A stretch of 64,000 nucleotides of DNA. It comes from Adineta vaga. Its lineage: Eukaryota; Animalia; Rotifera. Below, piece after piece: positions 1 through 10,828 of this stretch. The translations under genes were made by a program, and so were the position numbers. The notes under the pieces are model-generated. The model did not search any database and was not told the DNA's origin. It was given only the letters and a program-made list of their open reading frames with translations. Every line of letters starts with the position of its first letter. The stretch's first letter is position 1. The stretch spans positions 8,990,001-9,054,000 of the forward strand of contig CP075493.1 in assembly GCA_021613535.1 (NCBI GenBank), given 5' to 3'.

Positions 1-3000
1 TGATTATTGATGCCATGAAAACTGATCTATTGGATATAAAGAATCACGAAGGAAATACACCCTTACATTTTGCTGTTGTAAGTGATCTATATAAAACTAC
101 TAATCGATAAAATGTTTTTCGTTTTCTTCTTACAGAAAATCTGTTCAACTGTATGTGTCATGCTTTTACAACAACATAAAGCAAATCTATTAGTTGAAAA
201 TCATTTATTTAATTCGATTATTGGTACTTGCATTCAATCTGGACATTTGAATTTATTTATTACATTTCTTCAGCAAACACTTGATATTGATCTTAGCAAG
301 ATGTATACGAATTCATTAGTCTCAATTGAAAATAAATCATCAGTAAAACAAAACGATAATAGAGATATTTGGATATGGAAATATGCTGAAAGACAAAATA
401 TTAAACCATATGAACAATATCCATTGATTAATATAGTTATTCAACGCGATTGGCAAGGTGCATTATCATTAATTTTGAATGATCTCGAACATTATCATTT
501 ACATCATCTTCAAATATTTGAAGCTGCTATTTTAAATAACAAATTAAATCTTCTTCTTCGTCTTCTATTACGTTTAAAAGATAAAACTATTCTACATAAT
601 AAAAATATTCAACGACAAAATCTTTTTCATTTATTAGCAAATCTGAATGGATATGATGAAGAATTATATAAACAAATTCTTCTCTATCTTCATGAACATC
701 ATATTGAATGGAATATTCCCGACAAATATGGTTCCTATCCTATTCATTATGCATGTGTTAAACAAAATTTTACATTCATTCATTTTTTACGTGACAAATA
801 TGTATCTGAATGTGATTTAAATCGAGTTGATGCATTTGAAAATTCAGCAATTGGTTTATTTTTCTGGACTGTTCGATCGGAAACAAATATTCCAGAAAAA
901 ACCATTGAATCTCTCTTAGCATCGAATAAACAATTGAATTGTTTATGTAATTATCAAAATGAAATCGTTATGAATCCATTATCATTTGGTTACAATGATT
1001 TATTAACAGACAATTATTCTTATCCACCACACAAATCTGATAATACATCGACAAATGTTCGAACATCACCATTAATTAATGCTATTGTTCATAAGAATTT
1101 TTCGCTTGTGAAATTTCTTCTACAACTCAATGCTGATGTTAACTTTTCAGATGAAGAAAAACGAACACCACTCATGCATGCTGTTCGACAGGTACAGTAA
1201 AATTCATAAACATTGTGTGAGATGAAGATAAATATTTAATTGATAATTAATTTCTCTTTTTCTAATTCATAGAACAATATCGATATTGTAAAAGTATTAC
1301 TTAATAAAGATTATACTCCAGAGGAAAAAGATGAATCTTCACAAAATGTACATGCTTTTGGTCGGCGACAGGTTGGCAATAGAAAAGTCATGCGAATTTC
1401 GCCTTCGGTGGTAACACAATAGCTCTGACTCTACCTTCAGTCGACACATCTACAATTCAAACAATTGATCAATCTGATCATGTTACTGTCACGTCAGCAA
1501 TTGATTTCAATGCTAGTGATTCTCTTGGTCGTACATGTATTCATCATTTAGTTCAACCATTTCCTGATGGTTCATATACAAGTAATATTGAATTACTTCG
1601 ATTACTTCATTCATCTGGTGCTTGTGTAACTAAATATGATCTTGCTGGTTTATCACCATTACAGTATGGAGCAATTAATGGTTGTCAACATTTATGTGAT
1701 GAATTAACAAAACTTATCAATGACGAAACTGATTCAACTCAAGCAATCATTGAACGTTTTTATATTAATGATCCAAATAAAAATCTTCTTGATTCACCTG
1801 ATTTCTATACAGATGCTCAACAATTAATTGATAAATATATTTCAACACATCCATCACAAACGCACAATACTGCATATCAAGTTGATCATTTATCGGGTAT
1901 GAGTAAAACAGGTGAAGTATTAATCGATACGGAAAAAAATGAACCCTACGATGTTCGATTAACTAAAACAGATGTAAGTTATGGTACACATGGTTTATAT
2001 AATTTCTATCGTATGCAAATAATTAAACATAAAAGTAAAGGAAATTTATATTTTCTCTTTACACGATGGGGACGTATTGGTGATGCTGAAGGTCAATATC
2101 AATTGACACCATTTTCAACATTAGATGATTGTCAAAAAGAATTCTCAAAAGTATTTCGAGAAAAAACTGGTAATGCCTGGAAAGATACGAATAAATTTGA
2201 AGCAAAACCAAAAAAATATACATTAATAACATTAAATGAACGTGAAATGCATAAATATTCAAATGTACCTGTTAATTTCAAACGTTTACAAACCGATCAT
2301 ACACCATCGAAACTTCAATCATCTGTATTCAAAGATTTTCTTAAAACATTAATTAATCCACAAGCAATTCGTTTGAATATTGATAAAACTCAACTTGATG
2401 TCGAATGGATGCCTGTTTCACAATTAAAATGTGACACTTTACGAAAAGCACGTGATATATTACTTGAATTGAAAAAAAATATTGAGAAAAGGAATGAATT
2501 AACATTAGCATTACAACGTATGAAACCAATTGAACAACAAAATGAATTGAAAACTGTTCTCGATGCAATTTATCGACATACAAATGAATATTATACAATA
2601 GTACCATTAAGAGGATATGCAGATGAGAAATTACCTGTTATTGAAAATGAAAATCAATTGAAACAACAAGAAAAAATACTTGATGATTTAGTGGAACTTG
2701 AATTATCCTACAAGATACTTTTAGGTGCACAAGCAAATCTGAGAACAATATCACCATTAGATTATCTATATAGATCAATGAATTGTCAATTTGAAGCAAT
2801 GAATAAAGATGATATTGATTCACAATTAATCTTACGTTATATCTGGGCTAGTGCATCGAATGTTCAAGTTGAACAAATATTTAAAATTGCACGTTCAAAT
2901 GAAGATGAACGATTATTTAAATCAAATCTTGATAATCATTATTTACTGTGGCATGGTACTGGTATCTGTAATTTAATTAGTATATTGACGAGAGGTATTT

Positions 3001-3602
3001 TCATATTCGAAAACTTTTAGATCAACAACTTTTAATATTTCATTTTAAGGACTGCTTGTGGGACCTTTGGCTGCAACATCAACAGGAAGTTTATTTGGAA
3101 AAGTATGTATAATATCAAAAAAAATTGTTTATCGATTCTTTTCTTTTTCCCATAGGGAATCTATACGGCAGATACGTTTGTCAAAAGTCTTGGTTATTGT
3201 TCAGGTGTAAAGCAAAGTGATGGTAATGGTGAACGTTGTTTTATGATATTATGTGAAGTTGCATTGGGTAAAACTAAAGAACTCGGTTTCGATAATATCG
3301 ATAATGATTTAAACAAACCACTTGATACTACGCAATATCAAAGTTGTAAAGGTGTTGGCCGATCTATTCCGGATCCACAATATACCATCACAAGAAACTA
3401 TGGTATGTAATTTTGCAAAATAAAATGAGTTTTCTTTTTTTTTCGAATATGACGAACTTTTCTAGGTGTTCGTCTACCATTGGGTAAATTGATCAATAAT
3501 CCAGAATGTAAAGGTCGTTTTTATAGTCTTAATTATAATGAATATATTGTGTATGATGAATTACAAGTGGCATTACGTTATCTTGTGCAGTTTCGACGAT
3601 AA
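1..3602 (+). CDS. Ankyrin-repeat + WGR + PARP regulatory + PARP catalytic protein (PME-5/tankyrase-like architecture), 5' end outside window
   Basis: Exons about <1-77, 136-1191, 1273-2994 (frame break near 1383-1420), 3050-3102, 3156-3402, 3466-3602. Ankyrin motifs GNTPLHFAV, GSYPIHYAC, RTPLMHAV; WGR motif LFTRWGRIG; catalytic LLWHGT...FGKGIYTAD...LCEVALG...NEYIVYD, so the H-Y-E triad is intact; TAA at 3600-3602. Confidence 0.92.
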
Positions 3603-4421
3603 AATTTTCTCTTTCTCTTCATAAAAGCGTCAGTGATATTTTATTGTCCAGCAAATATAAACATGAATTTTTCTTTAGGATCTTTTTTTTTGTTTCTTTT
3701 TACTTAAGTTGTTGTTGTACGTGCTTCTTTTGTAGTTTGTTGTTTCACTTAAACGGTTTCGTTTGTTTGTGCTACAACGTAATCAACATTGATTGTATTT
3801 CTTTTTAATGATTCGTCATTTTTGTGTTTTGAAAGTTAAAAATAAAAACAAATCGTGTTGTTTTTGTCGCGTATGTACGGAAACTAACACAGATGGGTAA
3901 AAATATAACAGATTCATGTAGTAGATCCTCTGCTTCAGATACGTATGCCTTTATTCACACACTAATTGTCTATTTCATTGAAGGAGATGTGACGTATAGA
4001 GTGTTTTGATTTGTATCATTCGTATTTTATTAAGATAGTTCTTGTTCTTTTTATCACATCCGACAAGTTCTACTTTGTTTAGGATGTTTTGGGGGTGAAT
4101 GCAGACGTATTTGTTGATTTTTAAAATGTTCTTTGTGTGAAATAGAGTGAACATTTCCAGAAATCGCAGTACAATGTTCAAACAGATGTTACAATGTATA
4201 TCAGTAGAGAATGAAGAATATTTACTTTTTGATTCCGTTGCTATACTTGTACTGAATAACTTAAGAAAACTTTCTTCTGAGAACAAAATCAACACATAAA
4301 ACTATCAATAACTCTTTCTCTGATATCTATTGTACATTTCATCTTGTTAGTGTACTGTAAAATATAAATGTATATTATAGACAAACATACATAGATATAC
4401 AAATAGAATTTCAAACTTCAT

Positions 4422-6166
4422 TCAAGACAAATTGAACTCAATCCACACTGGACAATGATCACTAACTAAACCTCCCCATGACCATCCAGTAGGAATCCAC
4501 AGACTAGTAAGATTATCATGAATAACTCCTGAGTTACCTGAACAAAAAGAAAATAAACTTCATTCATGATATATAAAAGTGTCTTGCCTGTATTCAAAGC
4601 TTTTGCTTCTGTTGAAAGCCAAATATTATCTATACATACAGTCCCTTGTGGTGTTTTTAAACTAACATCTGTATTTTCTGTAATAAAAGATGAATAATTA
4701 CATTGAATCAATGCCTGGAAATCAGTAGCTGTTGGTATGATATTAAAACTGCCAAAAATTACTTTATATTTTTGTTCTAAAAAAAAGTTAAATATATGGA
4801 GAAGTAATCATAACAAATATTTGGCACATACTAAAAGTATCTTTCATTGCTTGTGCTAGAACGGATAATGCTTTTGCTTCATCTTTTGTTTGTTCATTAT
4901 TATCATCATCTGATTTATTTGATTTTAAATGAATATTGACAAAAACCAATTCAATTTGATCATATATACGAAATATAGTTATGTAGGGTGATCGAGTAAA
5001 GTATGCTTGAAATTGTAGTGATGAAGTTTGTTTTAATTCAATACCAATTGATTCATCATACAAAAAACCAAGATGTTCACATCCCTTTATGTAAAGAATA
5101 GAATTATATTTTTTTTTTAAAAACATGGCTTCTTCTTATGATTTACTTGAAGTTTTTGACCTGTAACATCGCTAATAGTATATCTCCATTTGCCCTGAAA
5201 ATAATTTGATAGATTTTTGATGGATGGAATAGTTGGATGATTTAATTCATTGATAATCGACTCAAGTGACTCTTCGCTTTCAATTTCTTGAATACCAATT
5301 ATTGAAAATCTATAAGAACAAGAAATCATATCACTTCGAAATATAAATTCGATTTATTCATACTTGTTTAGTAAGATTATTCGACAGATTACTTCTTTAA
5401 CACCGGGATTTTGTGCTTTATCTATAGTCAATTGTTGTAAATTCCAAGATGCAAAACGAAGAATTTTTTGTTTATTTTTATCATCAGTATAAAGAACAGA
5501 AGATGATCGTTGAAGAGTAGAAGACGTAAGTATCGTCTGTATTTCAGGTGGTAATGTGTCTAGTAAAAATGAAGCACGTGAAAGTGTGTCTGTGATATTT
5601 GATGTGGAATCATGTTGATTTTTCGGTATGGAAGTTTGTTGATGTTTAATTGTTAGATAACAACGAACAGTTGATAAAAGAATATAATCAATATCTTTTA
5701 TTTTGAGTAATTCGTCAATAGAATGAAACATTCCTTTTCGATGACGATGATTGATAATTTTTGTCGCGAGTTTTGGTGTTAAACCAGGTATTAAACATAA
5801 TTCTGTATATGATGCTAAATTAAGATCTAGAAGTTGTTTTTCATTATTTGATTTAGATAAAGTAGTCAAAGTCATTTCTCTACATATCCGTTTAAATAAT
5901 CGTGGAGTAATGCCATCAATTTGTAAAAGTTCATTCATTTGTTTAAAACCATTATTTGCTTGTCGATATTGTACTATATTTCGTGCTAATTGTCTGGTTA
6001 AACCAGGTAATAATAATAATTCATCTTCTAATGCACGATTTATATCAATTGCATTATTTCGAACTAATTCTTCGTATTCAAGTTTCGATCTTATTATTGA
6101 ATTACGACGACGTGAGGAATGAATGCTACATAATTTTACTGGTAGACAACTATTTGACAAACCCAT
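4422..6166 (-). CDS. EEPD1: EEPD1-like: N-terminal helix-hairpin-helix (ComEA-like) repeats + exonuclease/endonuclease/phosphatase domain
   Basis: Starts MGLSNSC (Gly2). HhH motifs LLPGLTRQLARNIV, IDGIT, IPGLTPKLATKII. EEP motifs ASWNLQ, GIQEI, VNIHLK, IDNIW, WSWGGLVSDHCPVWIEF*. Five exons with GT-AG introns; TGA at 4422-4424. Confidence 0.9.
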
Positions 6167-6677
6167 GAGAGATTTAAATAAAACTATGAAACTTATTTAT
6201 CTGAAGAAAAATATACTGATAAGAAAAATGAAAGGTAGATTTGTCCTTGGTTTGATATGTGTGTTATATTAGTCAATAACAATGATGACTCATGTTGTGC
6301 ATAAGAAGAGGAACAGAGATCGATGAATTATTTGAAAATACTTCTGTACTCATTGAAATAGAACACACTGACTTGAGTAGTTCAATCAGAATTTTACCAT
6401 CTACTGCAATCGTAGTATCAAAATTTGCTAGTAACAATTGTTTGCATCTTCTCTTTTTAGTCAGATCATTGAATGACATATTATTATTAACAAAAATACA
6501 AAGAGAACAAAACAGTGAGGTACACATACATGTGACATATATACAGAATTCATTGGTAAATGACACAAGAGAAAACAAGCGAAAAAATAATTTACTAAAT
6601 AACAATACACACTAAAGTTTGTCACACAAAAAAAGAAAATAAAACATTATAAATACATCGATGATATTCCGATTGAT

Positions 6678-7130
6678 TTAAACGGTAGTACAATTTTGAT
6701 GTCTAATAATAGCATCAATACATTGATATTGATGTGAAGTTCTAAGAGGCGGTTCGGCAAGTTCACGTTTTACTTTACAATATTCATAACAATGATAATA
6801 ACAGCAGTAACTTAAAATAAAAATAGGAACTAATATTAATAATACCGTATGGTTATAATCCTTTGAACAACTGTGAAAAGGTACACAAAATTGAAATGAA
6901 GAGGAAGACTCAGATTCATGATCTTCAATTGCTATTGATGTAAAATTTCTTTTTTTAATCGACCATGGTTCAGCTTCTGATTGATTGAAGTATCGAATAG
7001 ACTCAGAAATACTCTTATTCACTACAAATAATATCAATAAACATGTGAAAAGAAAATCATAAAAACACAAATACTTACCTACAAGAAATGATAAAATAGA
7101 AAATACAAAGTAATTCGTTGAATTGTACAT
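6678..7130 (-). CDS. Small single-pass membrane protein of unknown family
   Basis: Hydrophobic N-terminus MYNSTNYFVFSILSFLV, in-frame intron of about 54 nt (GTAAG donor near 7078, acceptor near 7024), TM segment VLLILVPIFILSY followed by Cys-rich CCYYHCYEYC. Confidence 0.55.
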   Translation of the reverse strand: MYNSTNYFVFSILSFLVGKYLCFYDFLFTCLLILFVVNKSISESIRYFNQSEAEPWSIKKRNFTSIAIEDHESESSSSFQFCVPFHSCSKDYNHTVLLILVPIFILSYCCYYHCYEYCKVKRELAEPPLRTSHQYQCIDAIIRHQNCTTV

Positions 7131-7966
7131 ATATCACTTAAGTAGACAGCAGAAACTCTTATCGTATAATTTACAAATACTAAAATATTATAATGTGTCG
7201 TACAAGTGGCATATGAAAAATGATAAAAGTTGTAAAAGTCGGGAAAGATTTCATATGTTTTTATGATGCTGATTATATGCATATGCAACTATATTTTTGA
7301 GAGTCATCTCGAAAGAGAAGCTTGACAAGTACTTCAAATGTAAAAGAAGTGTGACATATGAATTTATATATATATATATATATATATACATATGAGTTAC
7401 TGATCATTTTCTCTAAAATATCCATGACGAAGTCGAGCAAAGTCCCACAACTAATACGTGGAAGTCAACAATTAGTGTTATGCTTTGGGAAAAAATACAA
7501 CGATTGTTTTGACAGTTTGATGAATCATAACACAATATTCCTGTCAGTTATGCAATAAACAAATACGACGCAAATGATTATCTTTCATTGATCTATATAA
7601 GTGACTACTTATCTCTAAACAAAATATTTCAACGAGTAAACAACGTATGCTTCAAATATATTTTCGTTTAGTTGAAAACAAACTATGCATAATTAAGCTA
7701 GTTAGTTAGTATATAGTAGAACGTCCATTTTGTATTTAGTGGATGATAAATTACAAGTGAATATTGATTTCGACAGATGACAGCAGGAAATGTTCTATTA
7801 CGTAGTAGGAACACAGGAGATTATAGAATCGTATGCTATTTGTAACAAATAAAATGTCGCATATATACTAATGCTTCATTTCAACCTTTTCATTTATCCA
7901 AAGATCATATATAAGCAAAGATTTTTTCGTTTTTCTATAAGATATTATTCATACTTTACATTGACA

Positions 7967-8356
7967 ATGGTTTCAAGAGATATGGCTGTAGCTTCATCAA
8001 ACTATTTACGTTCAAAACATCATCGTGGTCATTGGCATAATGAAGCGCATTATCCTGCTATTGATGATCATCATGGTGAACGACATCGAGCAATGCTTGA
8101 ATTACAAGAACATTTAGGTCAACCCGGAACAAAAACAGATGAAATCAAACATTTTATGGGTACGCCAACAAAAATTCTCGATCAACCCGATGAAACACTT
8201 GCTCATGAACTCAAACGAAATAATGAACATTTTATATATCCTCAGCATGCAAAAATTTGGATCTATGAATGGCGTAATAATCATGATTATGTTTATTACA
8301 TCATATCAAACGATAATAAAGTTCTTCAATCTGCCTGGTATTATGCATTTGAATAG
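7967..8356 (+). CDS. Intronless 129-aa protein of unknown function, possibly of foreign origin
   Basis: TATA-like CATATATAAG near 7906; ATG 7967 (MVSRDMAV). Protein-like composition with GTKTDEIKHFMGTPT...WIYEWRNNHDYVYY...SAWYYAFE*. Confidence 0.75.
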   Translation: MVSRDMAVASSNYLRSKHHRGHWHNEAHYPAIDDHHGERHRAMLELQEHLGQPGTKTDEIKHFMGTPTKILDQPDETLAHELKRNNEHFIYPQHAKIWIYEWRNNHDYVYYIISNDNKVLQSAWYYAFE

Positions 8357-8494
8357 ATGTAAAACGAAAAAGCCTTTTTCTTTTTTAACAATATCTATTT
8401 AATCAAGATTTTGTATCATTTGAATAAAAAATGAAGGGAAATATGTAAAAACTCTTAGGATTCATTTGACGTGTGTTATCAAATCTTTGCGAGA

Positions 8495-8960
8495 AAAAAA
8501 TTCATATTGACAAGCGTGTATGTCTTCTAAAATAAAAACCATAAGATAAGGTTTTTATCGAAGTTTGTATGGGTACGTGAAATAATGTTGATCTATAATT
8601 ATTACGCGATAAAAATGACTTACTTTTGATGTGCTCGAAAGGTATAATTTCTCATAGGAAAAGAAAACAAGATTTCTTATTGATAAACACTAAAGATAAT
8701 CGTCTTCTTCTTTGCTAAATTTTATCAATACTTTTATATGATATAATATGAATAAGACCAATAGAAAAAAAAATAGAGAGTGAATGTAAATCAAACATTA
8801 AACAACTACATCAGCATTTTGGTCATCATCCTGTTTCATATAGAATATGAATGCTGAATCTGATAATTCTTGATTGAATAAACCTGAATGTCAACGTGAT
8901 CGATCGAATTGATCGAAACATAACACCTTGATTATCGTGTGATGATGATGCAAGATTCAA
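8495..8960 (-). repeat. Degenerate duplicate, copy 1 (gene-like fragment)
   Basis: 8500-8660 aligns by eye to 9701-9865 (shared blocks ctaaaataaaaaccat, atgggtacgtgaaataatgttgatctataattat, gtgctcgaaa). Weaker similarity continues to about 8960 versus about 10300. Confidence 0.8.
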
Positions 8961-9659
8961 TGTCTTTTCTTCTGTTTTTACTTATAGATGAATCTAAGAT
9001 AGCTCTTTTTTGTATCATGAATTATTGTTTGCAACTAATGATGAAGCTTGCTATTGTTTTTCTTTAAATATGTGAATACTAGTAAATTTTGTCTTTATTT
9101 TGTTCGAAGAAAGTCCCTTTTCTGATGCTATTCCAGAGAAAATAACACTCTAATTCTCTATGCTATTTTATCACTATTGCACTCATATATCATGATTATA
9201 AAATCTTCGATACAAGACAAAAAGACAAAGATTTTTTGTAAAATGCCATAATCATCAGTATACTTATACTTTTCAAATAATCATCAAGAATAGAGAATTC
9301 TGGTTTTCATCATTTTTGAAGGAAAGATTAAGACGCATCGAGTTTGGTTTTGTTCTCGTTTCAAAAATAGTGTCTGAAGTTTGTTTAATCAATTTTGCAA
9401 GTATAGAAAAATGGTTCCTCATGAAAAATGAAATATAGAAAACTTCTCTCCTATAGCAGTCACCATGCATTAATGATTTCCTAATATACATCTGAATGGA
9501 TGTAAAAACAAAACTGTTTTCTTTTTGCGATAATTTCTATTTAATCAGGATTATGTATCATTCGAACAAATGAATAAATAATACAAATAAATAGTGAAAG
9601 AAAGAGTAAAAAGAAAAATATATAAAAATTCCTAAAACTAGTTTGACATTTGTTATATT

Positions 9660-10334
9660 CATTAAAATCTTGTTGTTGAGGATGTAATCGTTGCGAAGGA
9701 AAATTCATATTTGCAAGTAGTGTATGCCTCCTAAAATAAAAACCATTAGATAAGAGTTTTCATCGAAGTTCATATGGGTACGTGAAATAATGTTGATCTA
9801 TAATTATCACGCGATACAAAAGACTTACCTTTGTTGTGCTCGAAAAAAAACAATATTTCTCATATGTCGTTAATTTAACATTCATCCAACGTGCAAGAAG
9901 ATCTGATTTTCTAAAATCTCGATAAAGACTAAAGATAATCATTTTTTTTTCTTCTGTTTATTAGATTTTACCATTGCTTTTCTATGATATAGGAATAGAA
10001 CTAACGGAAACGAATAAAAGAGAGAATGTAATTGAAACAAAGAAAAATTGCATATCTAACAATCAAGTGTTAACGTTATGTATGTTAAATTACTCAAGAG
10101 AGTTAAGAAAAGAATTTCATCAATAAATCTCTAGATAATTTACCTAGTTTTACATGTTTTGTCAGTTCTCTTTGATAATTGTATATCTTGATAATTTTCA
10201 TTCGAATATGATGACATTGAACATCGACGTTTGGTTAACAAAAATGAATTTGATAAGTGATCCATTGACTGATCTGAATCATTACTTGTCGATGCTGTTC
10301 GACGTCCATAACGCATCGCTTGAAAAGCTCTCAT
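9660..10334 (-). pseudogene. Degenerate duplicate, copy 2: multi-exon orphan gene or pseudogene
   Basis: ORF 10334-10144 ends at an AG|GTAAAT donor; acceptor near 9982; next exon ends at a GTAAG donor near 9828; acceptor TTTTAG near 9731. The frame breaks at an A8 run and possibly a T8 run. Confidence 0.45.
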
Positions 10335-10828
10335 TGCGTAGATTTAATTATCTCAAAAGTATAAAAATTTGAAAGCTTATAGATATGGTTACATATGGTC
10401 TAACATTCACTACTGTTGAATGCAACCGACAAAAGTAACTATAAATAATAAATATAAAAAGAAATATATATTTCCTTTCTCTTTTGAAAGCGTACACGTG
10501 CTGGAAATGATCAAGTAAGAGAATAGAAAAACACGAGTTCTTCATTTTTATCGTTCTCTGTTTTCTTAGACTTTAAAGAAAAGAGAAAGTCGAACATTGA
10601 ACACTTTTCATTGTCTATAAAAACCTATTGATAGCTTTTGTCACCGAGAACAACTGCTTATTCATTTAATGCCGTTTAATTCCTTAATTTTCATATGAAG
10701 AAAAGAATTTCCTGTTAGTAACGCATTTTTTTAATAACAAGTATCATTTCCAAATGTTCGCTATGTACACATACACACACACACACATTTTATTAGTTAA
10801 TAAATAAACTAATTCAAAAGAAAAACAA

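Noticed and set aside
3975-4295. 106-aa minus-strand ORF between PARP and EEPD1
   Set aside because: No motifs, non-ATG start and UTR-like composition.
5751-6122. Antisense ORFs over EEPD1 (also over Lbx, the mucin exon and CTSB)
   Set aside because: Shadow frames of real genes on the other strand.
9108-9120. GAAAGTCCC resembles RNase MRP conserved region I
   Set aside because: No complementary CR-V partner within a plausible distance.
10299-10334. MRAFQAMRYGRR looks like an amidated RYamide neuropeptide
   Set aside because: No signal peptide; an in-frame stop lies just upstream with no acceptor; single copy inside a degenerate duplicated locus.
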